Source: Nitrospirales bacterium
GTDB taxonomy: Bacteria; Nitrospirota; Nitrospiria; Nitrospirales; UBA8639
Direction of reading: 5' to 3'
NCBI GenBank assembly: GCA_965203295.1
Contig: CBDBCZ010000016.1
Location: 96,001-160,000 of the forward strand
Length of the DNA stretch: 64,000 bases
Shown in pieces: positions 1 to 14,000 of this stretch. Position 1 is the first letter of the stretch. Every line of letters begins with the position of its first letter. Made by a program: the position numbers and the translations under genes. The notes below the pieces were generated by a model. The model ran no database searches, was not told the origin of the DNA, and saw only the letters and a program-made list of their open reading frames with translations.

Positions 1-147
1 GAAGAATAACTTAGGGTGGTGCAACCTCTGGTTTTCTTGCCCTCTGACTGGAGATCTTGCAAGCTTCACCTACATCTGTGATTATGTGTGGTTAATGACA
101 TAAGTTCTCTGACGGCAACATAAGTGTGTTTTATTATTCTTCTACAG

Positions 148-270
148 CCTTTGGATCGTCATAATCTCCTCCGACCAGAGACAGTGGAGTCTCTGTTCTA
201 GCTCTACCAGCTTACCAAGGACGAACAATACTGCAATTGGGGTTGGAAGATCTTTCATGCCTTTGAGAAG
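148..270 (+). pseudogene. MAN1B1: Exon of a class I (GH47) ER alpha-1,2-mannosidase, MAN1B1-like, with an in-frame stop
   Basis: After acceptor ttctacag it reads [40 protein letters not shown]. This matches the GH47 motif [18 protein letters not shown]...WGW. TAG at 199-201 replaces the conserved Tyr. Confidence 0.85.
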
Positions 271-1222
271 TGTTATTTTCTGATGATAGTAGTTTAATAT
301 CAGTCGACAGATGGATCATCAATAATGAAGCTCACCCACTACATGTACCCATTTGGACAGATTACTATTTTTAACTGCATAAGATTATTTAGCGTTAGTG
401 GTTTCAGAAGTGTACAGCACTCCTAACATATAATTTTTTTGTAAAATTATAATTTACAATAACAGAAAACGTTGCTATATACGAAGGGTGGTACGAGTAG
501 AAGGTACACTTTCAAACTGTGGATTTATAACCGCAGTTCACTGAAAATGAAATACTTTTTGACATGTTTCTTTCCATACCGTGCCATGGAAAGCCATTCT
601 GTAGAGACAGAACCTTGTTCATTTATTATGCAATAGGAACTAGAATCCTGATGTCTATTCAAGTTTAATATGCAAGCTATGCTTATGGGACAAACAAAAG
701 CATACATGTACAACTCATTACAATCATGGTGTATATCGTAAACAGTATGTACAAGGGAAATTACTTTATTAATTAAAGATACATAAATAGTTTACTACAA
801 TATACGTGTATATAGCTAATCAGTGTATGAAAACTCCAGCAATAATAAGTATACCGATATAGGTCAAAACCACAATGACTTAACAATTACTAGTTTTACA
901 TAACTCGAAAGGAAAAGCATGTGTGGCTAAGAAATTCTGAGCACATTATGTAGTAGCGGATAATTAAGCAATATCGATATCGTTTCAATAAATAAACATC
1001 ACTTTCACATAAAACGTGTACATGTTTGCTGTCTAAGAAGTATATTATACCACTCACATTGTTCTCATGCAGGCTATGGTTCTACTCCTGCAGAAGAAAT
1101 ATGCACTACAGTATAATGCAGCCATTAATGCCCATATCCAAGAAGAATTCCCAAGATAATAGCATAGTAACTGAGGTTCCATGCTGCAACACAACATGAG
1201 AGTAGGTGCTACATACTACATG

Positions 1223-1305
1223 TAGCCTCGTTCCTAGGCTCTACTTCCCAGCTTTTGTTTTCGCACGTAATAATTATTTTACTATGTACGAAAAAAAACT
1301 GGGAA
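1223..1305. mobile_element. Truncated Academ-type MITE (TAGCCTCGTTCC terminus)
   Basis: Begins TAGCCTCGTTCCTAGGCTCTAC, as do the copies at 20403 and 42940. An internal inverted repeat is partly retained; the right end is missing. Confidence 0.55.
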
Positions 1306-1999
1306 ATAAGTAGATATGGTTGTCGAGAATGCATCAAAAGTGCAGAAACTGGAATGAATACGCCTATATTTATACCCATAGTAATCCTGGTCATGCTGGT
1401 TAAGTCACAACAGTTGTGAATATGTAAGTATACATCTACAGGTTATCTCTTATTGAAATAGAGCACAGTGAAGCCCTCTCTGGGGCTGTGGCTGCAATGA
1501 AACAGTATGAAGAGCAGAGGCTACTAAAGGTTGTAGAGACGACTAAACAGGAGGAGCAAGTAAGTGACATACAATCATTGTAATATGAGCATATCTCAGA
1601 CTGGATATTGCATACTGAGTCATGTACAATGCAAGCAGAACGTTAATAGACGGATGCTCAGATTTGGTGTGTACGTACATGTAGATTAAATGTGTGTGGC
1701 TTGCAGAACAAAAATTAATAACCAATATAAGGGAATTTTTCGGCCTTTTATAAGTCTGATTCAGAATAAGCACATCTTCTTTAGCCTAATTCTGTTTCCG
1801 AGAGTTTCTTGTACCCATGCAAGTGTTACTAGTGTTGTCCCAGTAGATCAAAGGCATTAGTGTGCTGGACAAAAGTGTTGTCACTGTTACATGTACTTGC
1901 AAACATTCTCAAAACTGCCTACCCAAACCTTAACTCAAAGCCACTTTCCTAATGTCGAGAATAGCAGTTTGGAATCTACGTATTTAGCTAGTAGCATCT

Positions 2000-2067
2000 T
2001 AGTCTATCGAGCTAGACCCTCCTCTATGCTTAGCTAAGCACAGAGGAGGGTCTAGCTCAATAGACTA
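2000..2067. mobile_element. 68-bp foldback MITE with TAG...CTA ends and a 9-bp TSD (Academ-type)
   Basis: Near-perfect hairpin TAGTCTATCGAGCTAGACCCTCCTCT...AGAGGAGGGTCTAGCTCAATAGACTA, flanked by GTAGCATCT at 1991-1999 and 2068-2076. Confidence 0.85.
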
Positions 2068-2589
2068 GTAGCATCTAAAAAGATACTTGGCTGCTCTTCT
2101 AAAACGTGTAATGAAGCAGTAAGGGAATATGGGGTTTAAGTTGAGGTCTGGTACTAATTGTCTGAATGAAGAGTTAGGAAGATAAAAATGATGATAGGCA
2201 GTGTTGGTTATGTGGGAAAGAATGTGAGAGTGTAGTTCACGTGCTCCGACCGGAAATTCACAGGGACTGGGCACTCAATAGATTGAGTTTTTTTTTGGTC
2301 GAGTGGCTAGCCAGCCCTCTGTGATGGTATCAATAACGTCTGATCAAGTGGCTGGTGAAGTTGTGTCGACATGTTAATATCTACTTGTCTTTTATGGATT
2401 GTATAGAATGTTCACTTATGTTACAAAGATAATTTAATTCTATAACTAATATAAGAAGAAAACTAGGAGAATAATATGGAGAATAGCAAAAATCTCAAGC
2501 CTGTTAGGCATTCCTTTTCTCATCAGGATATTCTCAGGATCATGAGCAGCCCCAACATAGTAGTATACACATATGTATGTATCTATGTC

Positions 2590-2820
2590 TTTTACCAAGA
2601 TGAGCAGCACTAATCCCTTCATCTTGAAGCCCTCTAACTTGGTTGGCCATGATGCTAGTGTATGTGTGTGGTGATGGCTGATACGTATACCTATTTTCCA
2701 TTATGAAAGGAGAAAACAGGCTTTTACTCCCCCAATGGACTGGATGATTGGTGTGTTGTTGCCCTTGATCATAGTGTTCATCTACCACTGGGCCAAAGTG
2801 CTTTACTAGTGATCCTAGTA
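2590..2820 (-). pseudogene. Degraded RecQ-family helicase fragment (motif I/Ia region), possibly from an AcademH-type transposon
   Basis: LVKHFG...GSKSL...IMANQVRGLQDEGISAAHLG resembles RecQ/WRN LKxYFG...GxGKSLC...SLMxDQVxxLxxxGIxAxxLG, with apparent frameshifts. Confidence 0.55.
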
Positions 2821-4352
2821 GTTTATGTATATGGACAATCTTCATTCTCACCTTACCTGCCACGCTAGAATTTTTCCGTGTCAAAGCAAGGATCTCTCCT
2901 GGCAGGCTGCTGGTGAATCACAGCTACACTAAATTGACACAGTATCCAGGACCATAGTCAGCTGATATGTGATACTTAGTCTACAATGAAAATGGCACTT
3001 CCCAAACAATTGAGTGCAACCTTGAGAATGGAATGTAGTGCATATTGGTGCACTCATTCCCTGGTTCAACTCCGCTGTTTTTATTCACATACATGTAGTA
3101 AAACAGCACCTTTTGGCATTCTGTAACCCACAGCAGCTGGGGTGGAGGCCAGGAACGAAGCTACGTAGGAATGTCCTTTTTTTTAGAAGACAGTGTCAAA
3201 ATAGTGCAGGTATTTCCTCTTATATTAAGGGGAGAAAAGAGTGTAGGGATACACAGTCAAGGGGTTACTTTTTAGAGAGTGTAATCTTCTTCTAAACAGC
3301 TCATAGTATGTGCAGACAAACACCGGCCTGCACTACTGCATATTAACCTGGAGTGCATGACCTCTCCCAATATCATTATACAAGGCAAGAACGTTCGTGA
3401 AGTAAGTAGTTTAGACTGTACATAGTTATGTATGCAATTTTCCTAGTAGCTGTCTACTACTGCAGCTATTTATCCCAATATTTAGTGAAAATTAATACTG
3501 CATTTCACTTCCAGGATAAGGAAGAAATGGAATTGGAATGTGAGGAGAGGAAGGCTCTTCAACTGAAGCTGGTAAGCCACATCTACTTTTGAGTATATCA
3601 CTTCTGTCTCAGTACTGACTGCAATCAGCACAACTGTGCGTGTTTCTCAACTTGTAGTGTGTACCATTCTTTACTTAAAAGGCTTCTTCATTAAGACTAG
3701 GTGGTTGGAGCTAGTAACTTTGAAATAGAATTAATGCTAACTAGAGGTCTTCAAGAAGACATACCCCACGCTGAATACTGAGACATAGGGCTAGCTGTGA
3801 ATTACAGTCAATATTCCAATGGTTTTACAGTAGTGTCTGCACGTAGCTACGTTATTACGTATGCACTACTAATTCAGTGTCCAGAGTGTCTGGAACTACA
3901 CGTACGTGTACTACAGCTTCTGTTATTTTGTTCACTATGTAATGTCAGTAATGACAGGACTCTTCAACGACAATGAGCATATGTACATGCCGCAAGATAC
4001 AGAATGATAGACGTAAACAGTTACGTACTTGTAGAAGCTGTGGGCATATATCTATTCTCATGTATGGGTCGACACTTAATTACGTGTATATGATAATTAT
4101 AATAATAGTGTGCATGCCCTTTGACCTGTCCCTAGTGGTACAGACATGCGGAAGTTGGCGAGAGTAACTGAAGTTTGAGGTTTATCACAAGCTGTATTGC
4201 TCTGGAAAGACACTCAAGATCTGGTGTATGATTTAACCTTCCGTCTCAGTCTATGAAACTGGCCTCCGATAGTCACTTGGTCTTGTCACGAGACTAGTCC
4301 TCTAAATGATGGATGTCACAATAACAATCATGAAGATATTTTAATATTTTAT

Positions 4353-4416
4353 GACAGACGGATGGACAAAACCAATTGCTTAACCCCCACTTGTGCATGT
4401 TTGGCGCAGGGTATTA
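4353..4416 (-). mobile_element. Degenerate 5' end of the HINE-like family seen at 40719
   Basis: The reverse complement aligns with ttaccccgcg...ggggttaagtaatcggttttgtccgtctgt at 40719-40775. Confidence 0.55.
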
Positions 4417-5572
4417 TTATTTCCATACATGACAGGGTATATAAGCTTGCACATTATGCATCCTGGACTTACATTTATTTCAAAGCTGCGTAATAGACAC
4501 CCACTCTGACTAAATGTGACATAATACGTAATATATCACCTGACAATGCCATTTTTTTTGTGCTACAGTGCACTTTTACATGTACGTACAAAGGACACTT
4601 ATTAACCAACCAAGTGTTTCCACACAAGAGAATCTGGAGGAAAGTCTGAGAGAACTTGCAGTGAGCAAATCAGAAGCTCTTGACGTTGCTGTGATGCAAA
4701 AGATTACATTAAAAGAAAAATTGCTTGCGGAAATCGCTTGCTATGAGGTAAGCAGTGTACCGGTATCATGTATGTGTACTTGTAGAGTGAATAGAAAAGG
4801 TGTGCAATGTCCAATCTAACTGCACAATTTAACAACTGATTGGAAACAGAGTTGTTGTTGGTGGCAGCTGTTGGTTGACACGGGTCAAAATCATGGACCG
4901 TATCTTTCCATTGTTAAAGTCATGTAGCTACATACATACTTTTTCATATTGTGGTCAGGATGTTCTACATGTGCAGGAACAGTCTGACCAGTATGCAGTC
5001 ACTATAGCTGCAATGGAAGAAAAGCTGCTGACCCTTATGAAGAAGTCCCAACTGTTAGAAAAGAAGAATGAGAGCCTGTAACGGTAAATGGCTTTGCATC
5101 AGCAAGTAGCCAGTAATTCAGAAAAGAGAGGCACTGCTACATGTACAGGTAATAATGAATGTGTACACATCTATAGGTACCAATACAGACATTCACTGCA
5201 GTATGGATACTTGAATCTAACGCTCCATTTTGTGTTCATGATCTTTGACCATTGATCCTTACACACGTGTAGGTATGTTCATACAGCGCACTGCCCAGAG
5301 TTGTGACCATAGACAAACATTTTGTTTTCAACTTGGGTCATTTGTGGTGCATGTACGCGTAGCTTGCTATGCATGTTTTAATTGAATGCGTGAAAAACCT
5401 CCCAGATACAACAATACATGTACATGTAATAAAGGCATATCTAGTTCCACTACTTTAGCTAGGTAGCTCAGAGTGGGTTATGAGGTGACCATGGATCTGA
5501 GTCCAGATAACGTGTACATGTACAGAGGGGAGTGGGGGTTTACAAGAAATTATTTCAAAATTCTCTTGGGGG

Positions 5573-6088
<516 letters not shown>

Positions 6089-7517
6089 ACTCATCTACTC
6101 ATGATCAACTTGCAGCAGCGCATGCTATTATGTAGATGTGTGGTATATTGTCAAATCAGTGTGACCATAGATAGTGTCTTCAGCTGACGTGACCCTCTTT
6201 AGCTCCCAGCATTAAAAAGCCAAACTTGTCAACATGTTGAATACAATTTTATCTACACATCATCAGCTTAATCGCAACAGTTTATTTTGCTTGTAAAACT
6301 GTGTTTGAAGTGTTCCTGTAAAAAAGCATCCCTGCTTTTAGTGTATCCTGGATGGGTATCAGTGATGGGGCCAGAGTTTGGGTGGGGCTTTAACACAGAT
6401 GAATAAATTTTGCATTCTAGCTACAAATGTTAAATTTATGCATTATTAAGCAGAGGGCATGGTGTATATTTGTTCCGCGCAATCTAGGAATTTGCGTAAT
6501 CTCTAAATTGTGTTGTGCACTCACAGAATCCTGAAATTGCGTTCCAAGCTACTCAAGATTTAGAATGGACACATTTATGCTCCTAGTGCATGCTTCATTG
6601 CATCCTGTCACCATAACCCAGCGTCTCAATGACCAAATTACAGAGTCGTCACTCATAGATTAGGCAAACAGTCCAGTATTCAGTGAGCCTGATTCCTCCT
6701 CAAGATTGTATTAGCTTGTTGGTGCATGCTTGACAATGTATGTATTATACTTGAGTGAGCACACTGGCAAGGTTCCCTTTCAGCTGAGTGGGTGGGTTAC
6801 AATTTACAAACTGTGTGGGGTCCTATGCTCAAGCGCTTACACCCTTTGTATGGTATGTTATACTTTTCATGTGGGTAGCCAACTGAATGAAAGCCACTGA
6901 AATGTCACTGCAACTATGAATTTGTCTAGTGGTTCATGCGCTTCTGACGCCGAGAAAGATTCCTGAGAAAGATTCCTGCATCGATGTACCACATACAGCA
7001 TTATTTAGCAACACTACATGGTACTGTAGCAGATATGAGTAGTATATTTGCAGATATTCAGTTAAATTGCTAACTAATTAAAGGTTTACCTAGAGATACG
7101 TATACACGCAGTATAATGCCTCGCGCACGAGCATTCAGTAGGTGTTGTTTGGTAGCACGTGTTTACAATGTGTGAGAATTTGACAGAGAGAAAGGAGAGG
7201 TAGCTAAACGTGCATGAGAATTCGGCGAGTTCATCCTTCTCCAACGGTGGAAATTAACGCGGTGCATGGTTTCTCCAGCGAAAAAGAGCAACTGTTGTTA
7301 GCTAAAAAGCGTACGCACCTCTGGTCTTTTAGCTTCGATTTTGTATGCCGCTCGTTGCTTTCTATTGCGTAGTGTAGCAAGATGCCTAGCCCTTTCCCCA
7401 CTCGTCTCGCCAACGTTGTCGGACTCCGTGACTCGACTTTAGCCGACGCAACGCGCCGGCCACGCCATGCGCGGTACGCAGTATAATTGCATTCCTAAGC
7501 GTGACACATGCATTTAT

Positions 7518-8134
7518 AATATATTCCGCGCGAACCAGGAATTTGCGCAATCCTAGAATCGCGCAATGCAAACTAGAAATCCATACTTTGCCGCGCAATC
7601 CCAGGATTGCGCAGCCAATTCCACTTTTGCGCACATGTGATATTGACACTTCTTTAGCTAGCTATAAAAATGCCACGCTCGGTCAGTAATGCAGCATCTC
7701 TGTGGCTTGCAAGCCATCAGTTTCATTCATCCGTCTTTATTGCAAACTGTAGATTGCCAGAATAATTTTACAATGTAATAGTTGTGACAAATTGTTTCAT
7801 TACAAATTTAATGTGTTGGTTTTAACAAATACAATAGCAGATTATCAATAGTTGGCGATTGGTTTTGTAACCACTGCCAGTAGTTTTTGCTTTCAGCACT
7901 TGACTCTTTGTTTATCCCTTTGCTGTCTATACTTTGACGCTTCATGCACTTCATATCAAAATTCGAACTTTGTACGAACGAATTTAGTCTACGCAATGCA
8001 GGGTTTGCGCAACGTATTCCAACTTTGCGCGAAAAACTGCGCAATGCTGGGATTGCGTGCCAAAGTACGGATTCCTACTTTGCGCAGCGCAATCCTAAGT
8101 TTGCGCAACTTCCTGGTTTGCGCGGAACATATAT
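7518..8134. mobile_element. Non-autonomous TIR DNA transposon (about 615 bp); a related partial left end lies at about 6465-6570
   Basis: About 110-bp imperfect TIRs (TATATTCCGCGCGAACCAGGAATTTGCGCAA / TTGCGCAACTTCCTGGTTTGCGCGGAACATATA) built from GCGCAATCCTAGGATTGCGC-like units. Confidence 0.8.
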
Positions 8135-8367
8135 ATTATACAAACGCTTGCTGAGATGCGTTACAGGATTAGTCTCCTCGTGCTAAGGCGCTCAGCAATA
8201 ATAACTATGCAATACTACATCCAAAGGGACCAAAATTGGGCCAATTCTGCTGGAAGATGTAGCTGGGGGAGGGGGGGGGGGGGGGGGGGGTCAGTTTTCC
8301 AATTGTCCTGGGACCATTTCTTCCAGGACCAAGATGCCAGACACATCTGGATTTAGTTGGAACTATA

Positions 8368-9093
8368 TTATATAGGAAACCAGTTAGCCGCTATAAATTT
8401 CTTTCTACATGTATTATATATTTCAGAGGGGGATCAGTGTGCAACTTGCTGTGTGGTTATAGATTTCTTTAACGTACAGCTTTACTTGTTAAGCTTCAGT
8501 CATACCACACACACTACATACACGTTTCTGTGACAACCTCTCGCAATTAATTCATCCTCCAGTATAGAATTGACATGTAGTACATGGACATGTCTACAGC
8601 TACATCTACTTGTACACGCGTACATAGCAAGTAGCTCAGCTGAAAGCTAAAGAGTTTGTGATGTACATGTAATACCTACTGTCCATACATGCAAATAGTA
8701 TAGAACAAAACAAAAAAAATCGACACCTGTGTCGTAGGGATACTGCTTCTGGAGCTGCAGGGTGAAGCACTGCTGCTGTGAGGCACCTTATCTTCAGTTG
8801 AAAAACATCAATGAAGTCTCATTGACCTGCAATAGCAGAATCACATTTACAGTTATATTTAGTATACTTGCCTGCTGTGATAGTCTTGTTTGAAAGGAGG
8901 CAACCCATGATACAAGAGCTGCATGGCTATGATATGACTGATGCTTAAACATTCTGACAATACAAGTAAAGTTGTACGTTCAAGAAATCTATACCCACAC
9001 AGCACGTTGCACACTAATCCCCCTCTGAAATACACTTTCTCATAATCGACATGTAGAAACAAATTCATAGCTGCTAACTGGTTTCCTATATGA
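8368..9093. repeat. Diverged inverted repeat pair (about 8368-8489 and 8962-9093); the Gypsy LTR abuts the right arm
   Basis: ataggaaaccagttagc...tttacttgt is the reverse complement of acaagtaaa...gctaactggtttcctat. Confidence 0.7.
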
Positions 9094-9432
9094 TGTAACG
9101 GAGGTCTCCTCCAGCAGCTTAGCCTTAGGCTGGAGACGAAGATTGACTCCATTGTAGACAGTATGGCTATTGTGAGCTGTTGTGCATTTTTGTGTTGTCA
9201 ATGTTTCTGGGCATTCTTCTGTTGTTCATGTCTGCCAGCATTGTGTTTCTGTCCACCAGCCTGCATTTCTTTCTGAAGCATTCTTTCGTTGTCATGCTAA
9301 AGTCTATAAAAGCAGTCCATTCTTCTGTAAGATGCTGTTGATCCATTACTGTTGTAAAAAGTCTGTCATCTTTGTTCTGCGCTGCGTGCTCGCTGCTACG
9401 GCGAAGTTATAACCCGCGGGGTTCGCTACAAT

Positions 9433-9450
9433 TGGTGTCAGGAGTGGGAT
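9433..9450 (+). promoter_or_regulatory. Primer-binding site complementary to the tRNA-Leu 3' end
   Basis: TGGTGTCAGGAGTGGGAT lies 2 nt after the LTR end and is the reverse complement of ATCCCACTCCTGACACCA. Confidence 0.88.
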
Positions 9451-10768
9451 AGCAGATGAGCACGAGAGCAGCTACTAGACAGCAGGAACTGGAAGAACAG
9501 CTGGCGAAGCTCATCGGCATGATGGGGCAGCAACAAGAGCGCCAGGAGCAGCAGCAAGAGCGGCAGGAGGCGAAGCTCATCGGCATGATGGAGCAACATG
9601 CAGCGGGAGCGACAGGAGCAGCTCGCGAGCGAGCAGCGGCAGTGGCAAAAGGAGCTGGCCCATCAGCAGGAGCAGCAGCTGGAGCAGCTGGTAGAAAAGC
9701 AATGGAAAGTACTGGAAAAGAAGCAGATGGAGGGGGAGCAGCAAGTGGAAGCTCTTCAGTACGATCTGGAGCGTACCAAGGATGCCGTGGAGGGCAGATT
9801 CCAGACGACCGAAGGCTGGCTAGCAAGCTGCAAACCTCGCATCGAGTGCTGGCCGAGGAGATGCGGGAAAGCCAGGCCTCTTTGAGGGAGGAAGTACAGA
9901 CAAAGCTGGAGACCCTTCAGAGCGTCGAGAAGAAGTCGCCAGAAACAACGCTCTCTCCGTCGTTGCGCGCATCTGCAGTAGAGCTCGAGGAGACGCGGAC
10001 AAGTCAGGCATCTGTGAAAAAGGAACGGCAGACGAAGCCGGAGAGTTCTGAGGAGAAGCCGACGGGGAGCGCGTCCTCTCCTCCCTTGCGGGCATCTGCA
10101 GTGGAGTTTATTACTACTGTGAATTCTTTCCTTGCAGGGGCAGATGACGGCATACATCGAACCTGTTCGGGAGGTGGGGTTCTGCATGCAGCGACCACCA
10201 CCGTTCGACGGGCGTTCATCTCGGGAGGCCTATATACTGGGCCCAATTCGAGATGTTGAGCCAGCTGAACCACTGGACAGAGACAGAGAAGGCCACACTA
10301 CTGGCGGTGAGCCTAAGAGGAGCGGCCCTGACTGTCTTGTCCAATCTCACAAGTGAACGTCGCGGTGACTATAGAGCTTTGGTCATCGCCATGGAGAAGC
10401 GCTTTGGAGCCGACCAGATTCACTCTGACAGGCCCTGGAGCCTGCACTTGAACTGGAATTCTACCAGTTAGCAAGCAGGCAGCGTTCAAGGGCGGTTCGT
10501 GAAGTTCAGCTGCTACCAGACCATGACAGTGGCACTCCACCACATCACAAGAAAGAGTAATTTCGGCGACAGAATACAGAAGTCTTCTTCAAGGATCAAG
10601 AAGTTCTCAACTGAGAAAGAAATCACGAGGATTCGGTGAAGCATCATCGATATCCCTTCCCAAGCGGTACACCTGTTGGAATTGTGGTGAGCAGGGGCAC
10701 ATGCGACGTGATTGCAAGCGACCAAGCAGTGGGACTTCTGATGGTGTGGGTGACGGTCAGCAGAACCA

Positions 10769-10830
10769 GGGAAACGAGCAGTAGCCAAGCTTGCGGGGCA
10801 AAGCTCGGCTATGTATTCTACCCAAGCCCC
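10769..10830 (+). promoter_or_regulatory. -1 programmed ribosomal frameshift signal (G_GGA_AAC plus a predicted H-type pseudoknot)
   Basis: The slippery heptamer is in the gag frame just before the gag TAG. The -1 frame (GKRAVAKLAGQSSAMYSTQ) runs into the protease. Stem TAGCCAAGCTT/AAGCTCGGCTA; loop GGGGC can pair with GCCCC at 10826-10830. Confidence 0.85.
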
Positions 10831-13800
10831 AACTGATATTTTTAAAACTGGAACCCTATATGGTCCTGACAACGTGGCAGTACCAGGGAAAGTGGAGGGT
10901 CGCAATTGTCAAATTACAATGGATACAGGAAGCAACATTTCCATTGTAAGACCAGACGTGTTACCTGAGGAAAAGCTGAGCGAAATACAACCAGTCAACC
11001 AATGCATCCGCACCGTTACTGGGGAGAAAGCTCCCATCCGGGGAAAAGGCAATCTTCGTCTCAGAATTGGATCCATAGAAATAGTACACATTACATAGAT
11101 TGCTGACATCCAAGACGAATGTATTCTGGGCTTAGATTTCCTAGAGCCTCATGAATGTCTAGTGAACCTGAGGAATGGTACACTCCAGGTGGGTGAGGAG
11201 GAAATTCCATTGCAAAAGCCTGCCGTGGTGACTACATTGACGCCATGCAGAGCAGTCTTGGAGACCACTATGATCTTACCACCTCAATCGGAATGTGTTG
11301 TACCTGCAAAAATGGATGGCCAGTGGAAGCACAAGCCAAGGTGGGGAATTATGGAAGCTGGAACCATAAACAAGGAAGCAGAAAGTGCCCTGGAAGGCTT
11401 GTTGGTTGCCCGAACTCTGGTAGACCTACATCAACCTACCACAGTCGTGAGAATGATGAATCTAACATGGCCAGAAACGCAAAGTCAAGAAGGGAACCGA
11501 AATTGCAAGATGTGAGCAAGTTGCAAGTGTTGTTCTGCAACAAAAGGAAATTGCAAAGGCAGAATCTGAAATGCTACACCTCCCTGAGCATTTGAAAGAG
11601 TTGTATATGCGGAGCGAAAGAGTTGTATATGCGGAGCAGCCATGGGCTAACAAAGGATCAATGCCAGCAGACTATGTATTTTTTGGATGCAGTTGCTAGC
11701 AGAGAAGCAACCTCAAGCAACGTTTTCCCTTCTTCTTTTTCATTTAGCCCATTTCAATACATGATGGGACACCTGTATCAGATCCCAGTTCTACACACCA
11801 AAGAAGGAATACTCACGGTAGGTTCGATTTGTTGGAATGTAAGTCTGCACTATTGGTTTTATTTGAGTCGGACATTCAATACCATTATTTTTACAGTACT
11901 TCTGAAATTTTTTATGATATGTAATTATTTTTACAGTACTTCTGGAATTTCTGTGGGCCATATGAGTATTATGTTTCCAAAATTTAGACATACATGTGCA
12001 GGAGGATTGAGGCCCCCCCCCCCCCCCCCCCACACACACACCCACACCCACACACACAAAAGCAACCTGGATTGATTTTAAAATTTCCTTCACACCAGTT
12101 GGTACCCATCTAGTGTCTAGTGCAACGTAGCCTTGGCTCCACACACGCACACACACACTTTTAGTAGCTGTACCCACACCTGATGTGACACTCGTTCATT
12201 GCATTCAGCCTGCTATGATTACTACAGTATATGTGTGTACATATTGTTATTCTTGGTCCTGTTTTAGGACAGGATGTTGTGGAACAAAGAGCAAGAGCAG
12301 GAGAGGATTCTGAAAGCAACTCTTTGCTACGTATACATGATGCCCTCATTGAGAAGGTATATTAAATATGTTTTACTCATGGAATCTCATTCTAGCTACA
12401 TCCCTGGCCCTCCTACATGCAGGCCAAAATAGATAGCACAGGATAGTTGCTCTTGGCGTCGTAGAACACATTATTGTGATGCACGTTTTGTATTAAGTGG
12501 TTTATTTTCCTTGCTGGAAAACTTGCTGTATACACTCGAAAAGATGGTTAGTCTGAGTGGGCCATCAGCCTGTTCTGATCATTGGCCCTTACTTACATGT
12601 ACATGTACATGTATGTACACAGCTGACTATGTACATACATGTATCTGCTTTTCAAGGTTTGTGTACTGGATTCTGAAATACAAGTTGCATACATATTCAG
12701 ACTACATGCCACGTTTTACAGGATTATCAAGTGCAGTGCCTAACTGACAAGAGTCTGTAGGCTGGCTCTGTTTGAGTCTGAGAGCCAAAGAAAGGATGCT
12801 GTTATAGCTGAACTAAGGAAAGAACTGGCTGCTTACAAGAAGAACCCAAAGGCTAAAGATCTGAGGTATGTAAATTATGTGGAAAACAAGGCAGAAATAT
12901 TGTAGAGACTGCGTATAGCTCTGAACTATTCCTACTCTGTCAAAGCTGCATATGGGCATCATGCATATGAAACACACACACACATTTTCCATCTTAGCTT
13001 GTAATAGGCTTTACTAGGTTTGGATCACTCTCTGCTTCATACTAATCATTGCATGTTTAACTGCTCATGTTACATGTAGTTGTGGTGCTTTCACAGTTAG
13101 TTTCAAAGTAATGTATACAATGTTTTGCATACGTAGTTATGTTTCTATGGAGGAGCACCTGGAATCATTTGAAAGTCGTTTGTAAGAAATGATATCTGGT
13201 GTAGAAATGCTGAAGAAACAGGTCTGTATCACTTCAGACTGCCAGTATAAACCTTTATGTATGTATGTACCTACGCACATGTATGTATGTTAATTACACA
13301 TTTGGTCAACAGCATGGGCAGGTGCATGTTGAAACTTACTTGCATACAAAGCATGTGGCATACTACGTTCTACTGTAGACCACACGTTTATCCAGAATTG
13401 TGAATTGTTATCTTTAACAGCTAGCTGACACTGAGAGCCAACTGCAGTCTGCTACTAGCCGTAGCTCTTCACTCTGGAAAGAGCTGATGGGCAAGGATGC
13501 CACTGTGACTTCACTGACTCCGGAAAACCGGAGATTACAGGAGGAGAGCAAACTTTCTGCATGGCGCTCCTCTCAACTGAAACAAGAGTGTTGAGAAAGA
13601 CGTACATCTAATGCTTCCCTTCAAAAGCAGGTCAGCATCATGTTCACTGTATACATATGTGTGTCATGTACATAACATTGGGTATGGTGATTCTGTGTAC
13701 ATACAGCTCTTGTGTGCATGTACGTCTATGTTTGGTCTAGGGCAATGTACATGTTCACACCTTCCGGATTTTAAAGGTATTGTTAACTTGAAGGCCTGGT

Positions 13801-13904
13801 ACTCGGGCAAAAACCTGGGACTATTTATTTGAATTATAAGTGCCCAGTTATGCTTACCAGAAGATTGTGTTAGCAGTAAAGAAGCTACTTTACTGTATCA
13901 TACC

Positions 13905-14000
13905 TCCTAAAACCAGAGCCCAGCTGGGAGTTGAACCCATGCAGGACCTTCTGATTGCTAGTCAGTAGGCAAGTTTTATACGTAGCTACTAAACCCACTA
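13905..14000 (-). mobile_element. Degenerate tRNA-derived SINE
   Basis: The reverse complement contains ctgactagcaatcagaaggtc...gggttcaactcccagctgggctc, similar to the copy at 18099. Confidence 0.55.

Larger units (their letters stand above)
9094..11670 (+). mobile_element. 3'-truncated Ty3/Gypsy LTR retrotransposon (5' LTR, PBS, frameshifted gag, protease); RT, integrase and 3' LTR absent
   Basis: LTR TGTAAC...GCTACA at 9094-9430. Coiled-coil gag N-terminus, capsid-like PPPFDG...LAVSLRGAA...EKRFG, zinc knuckle CWNCGEQGHMRRDC (about 10674-10715), protease ITMDTGSNISIV...ILGLDFL with a TAG at 11096-11098. Confidence 0.93.

Noticed and set aside
7110..8205. A fourth, degenerate hairpin-capped element surrounding the 7518-8134 MITE
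   Set aside because: ctcgtgctaaggcgctc near 8177 resembles the family B hairpin apex, but the stems and ends are too decayed to support a call.
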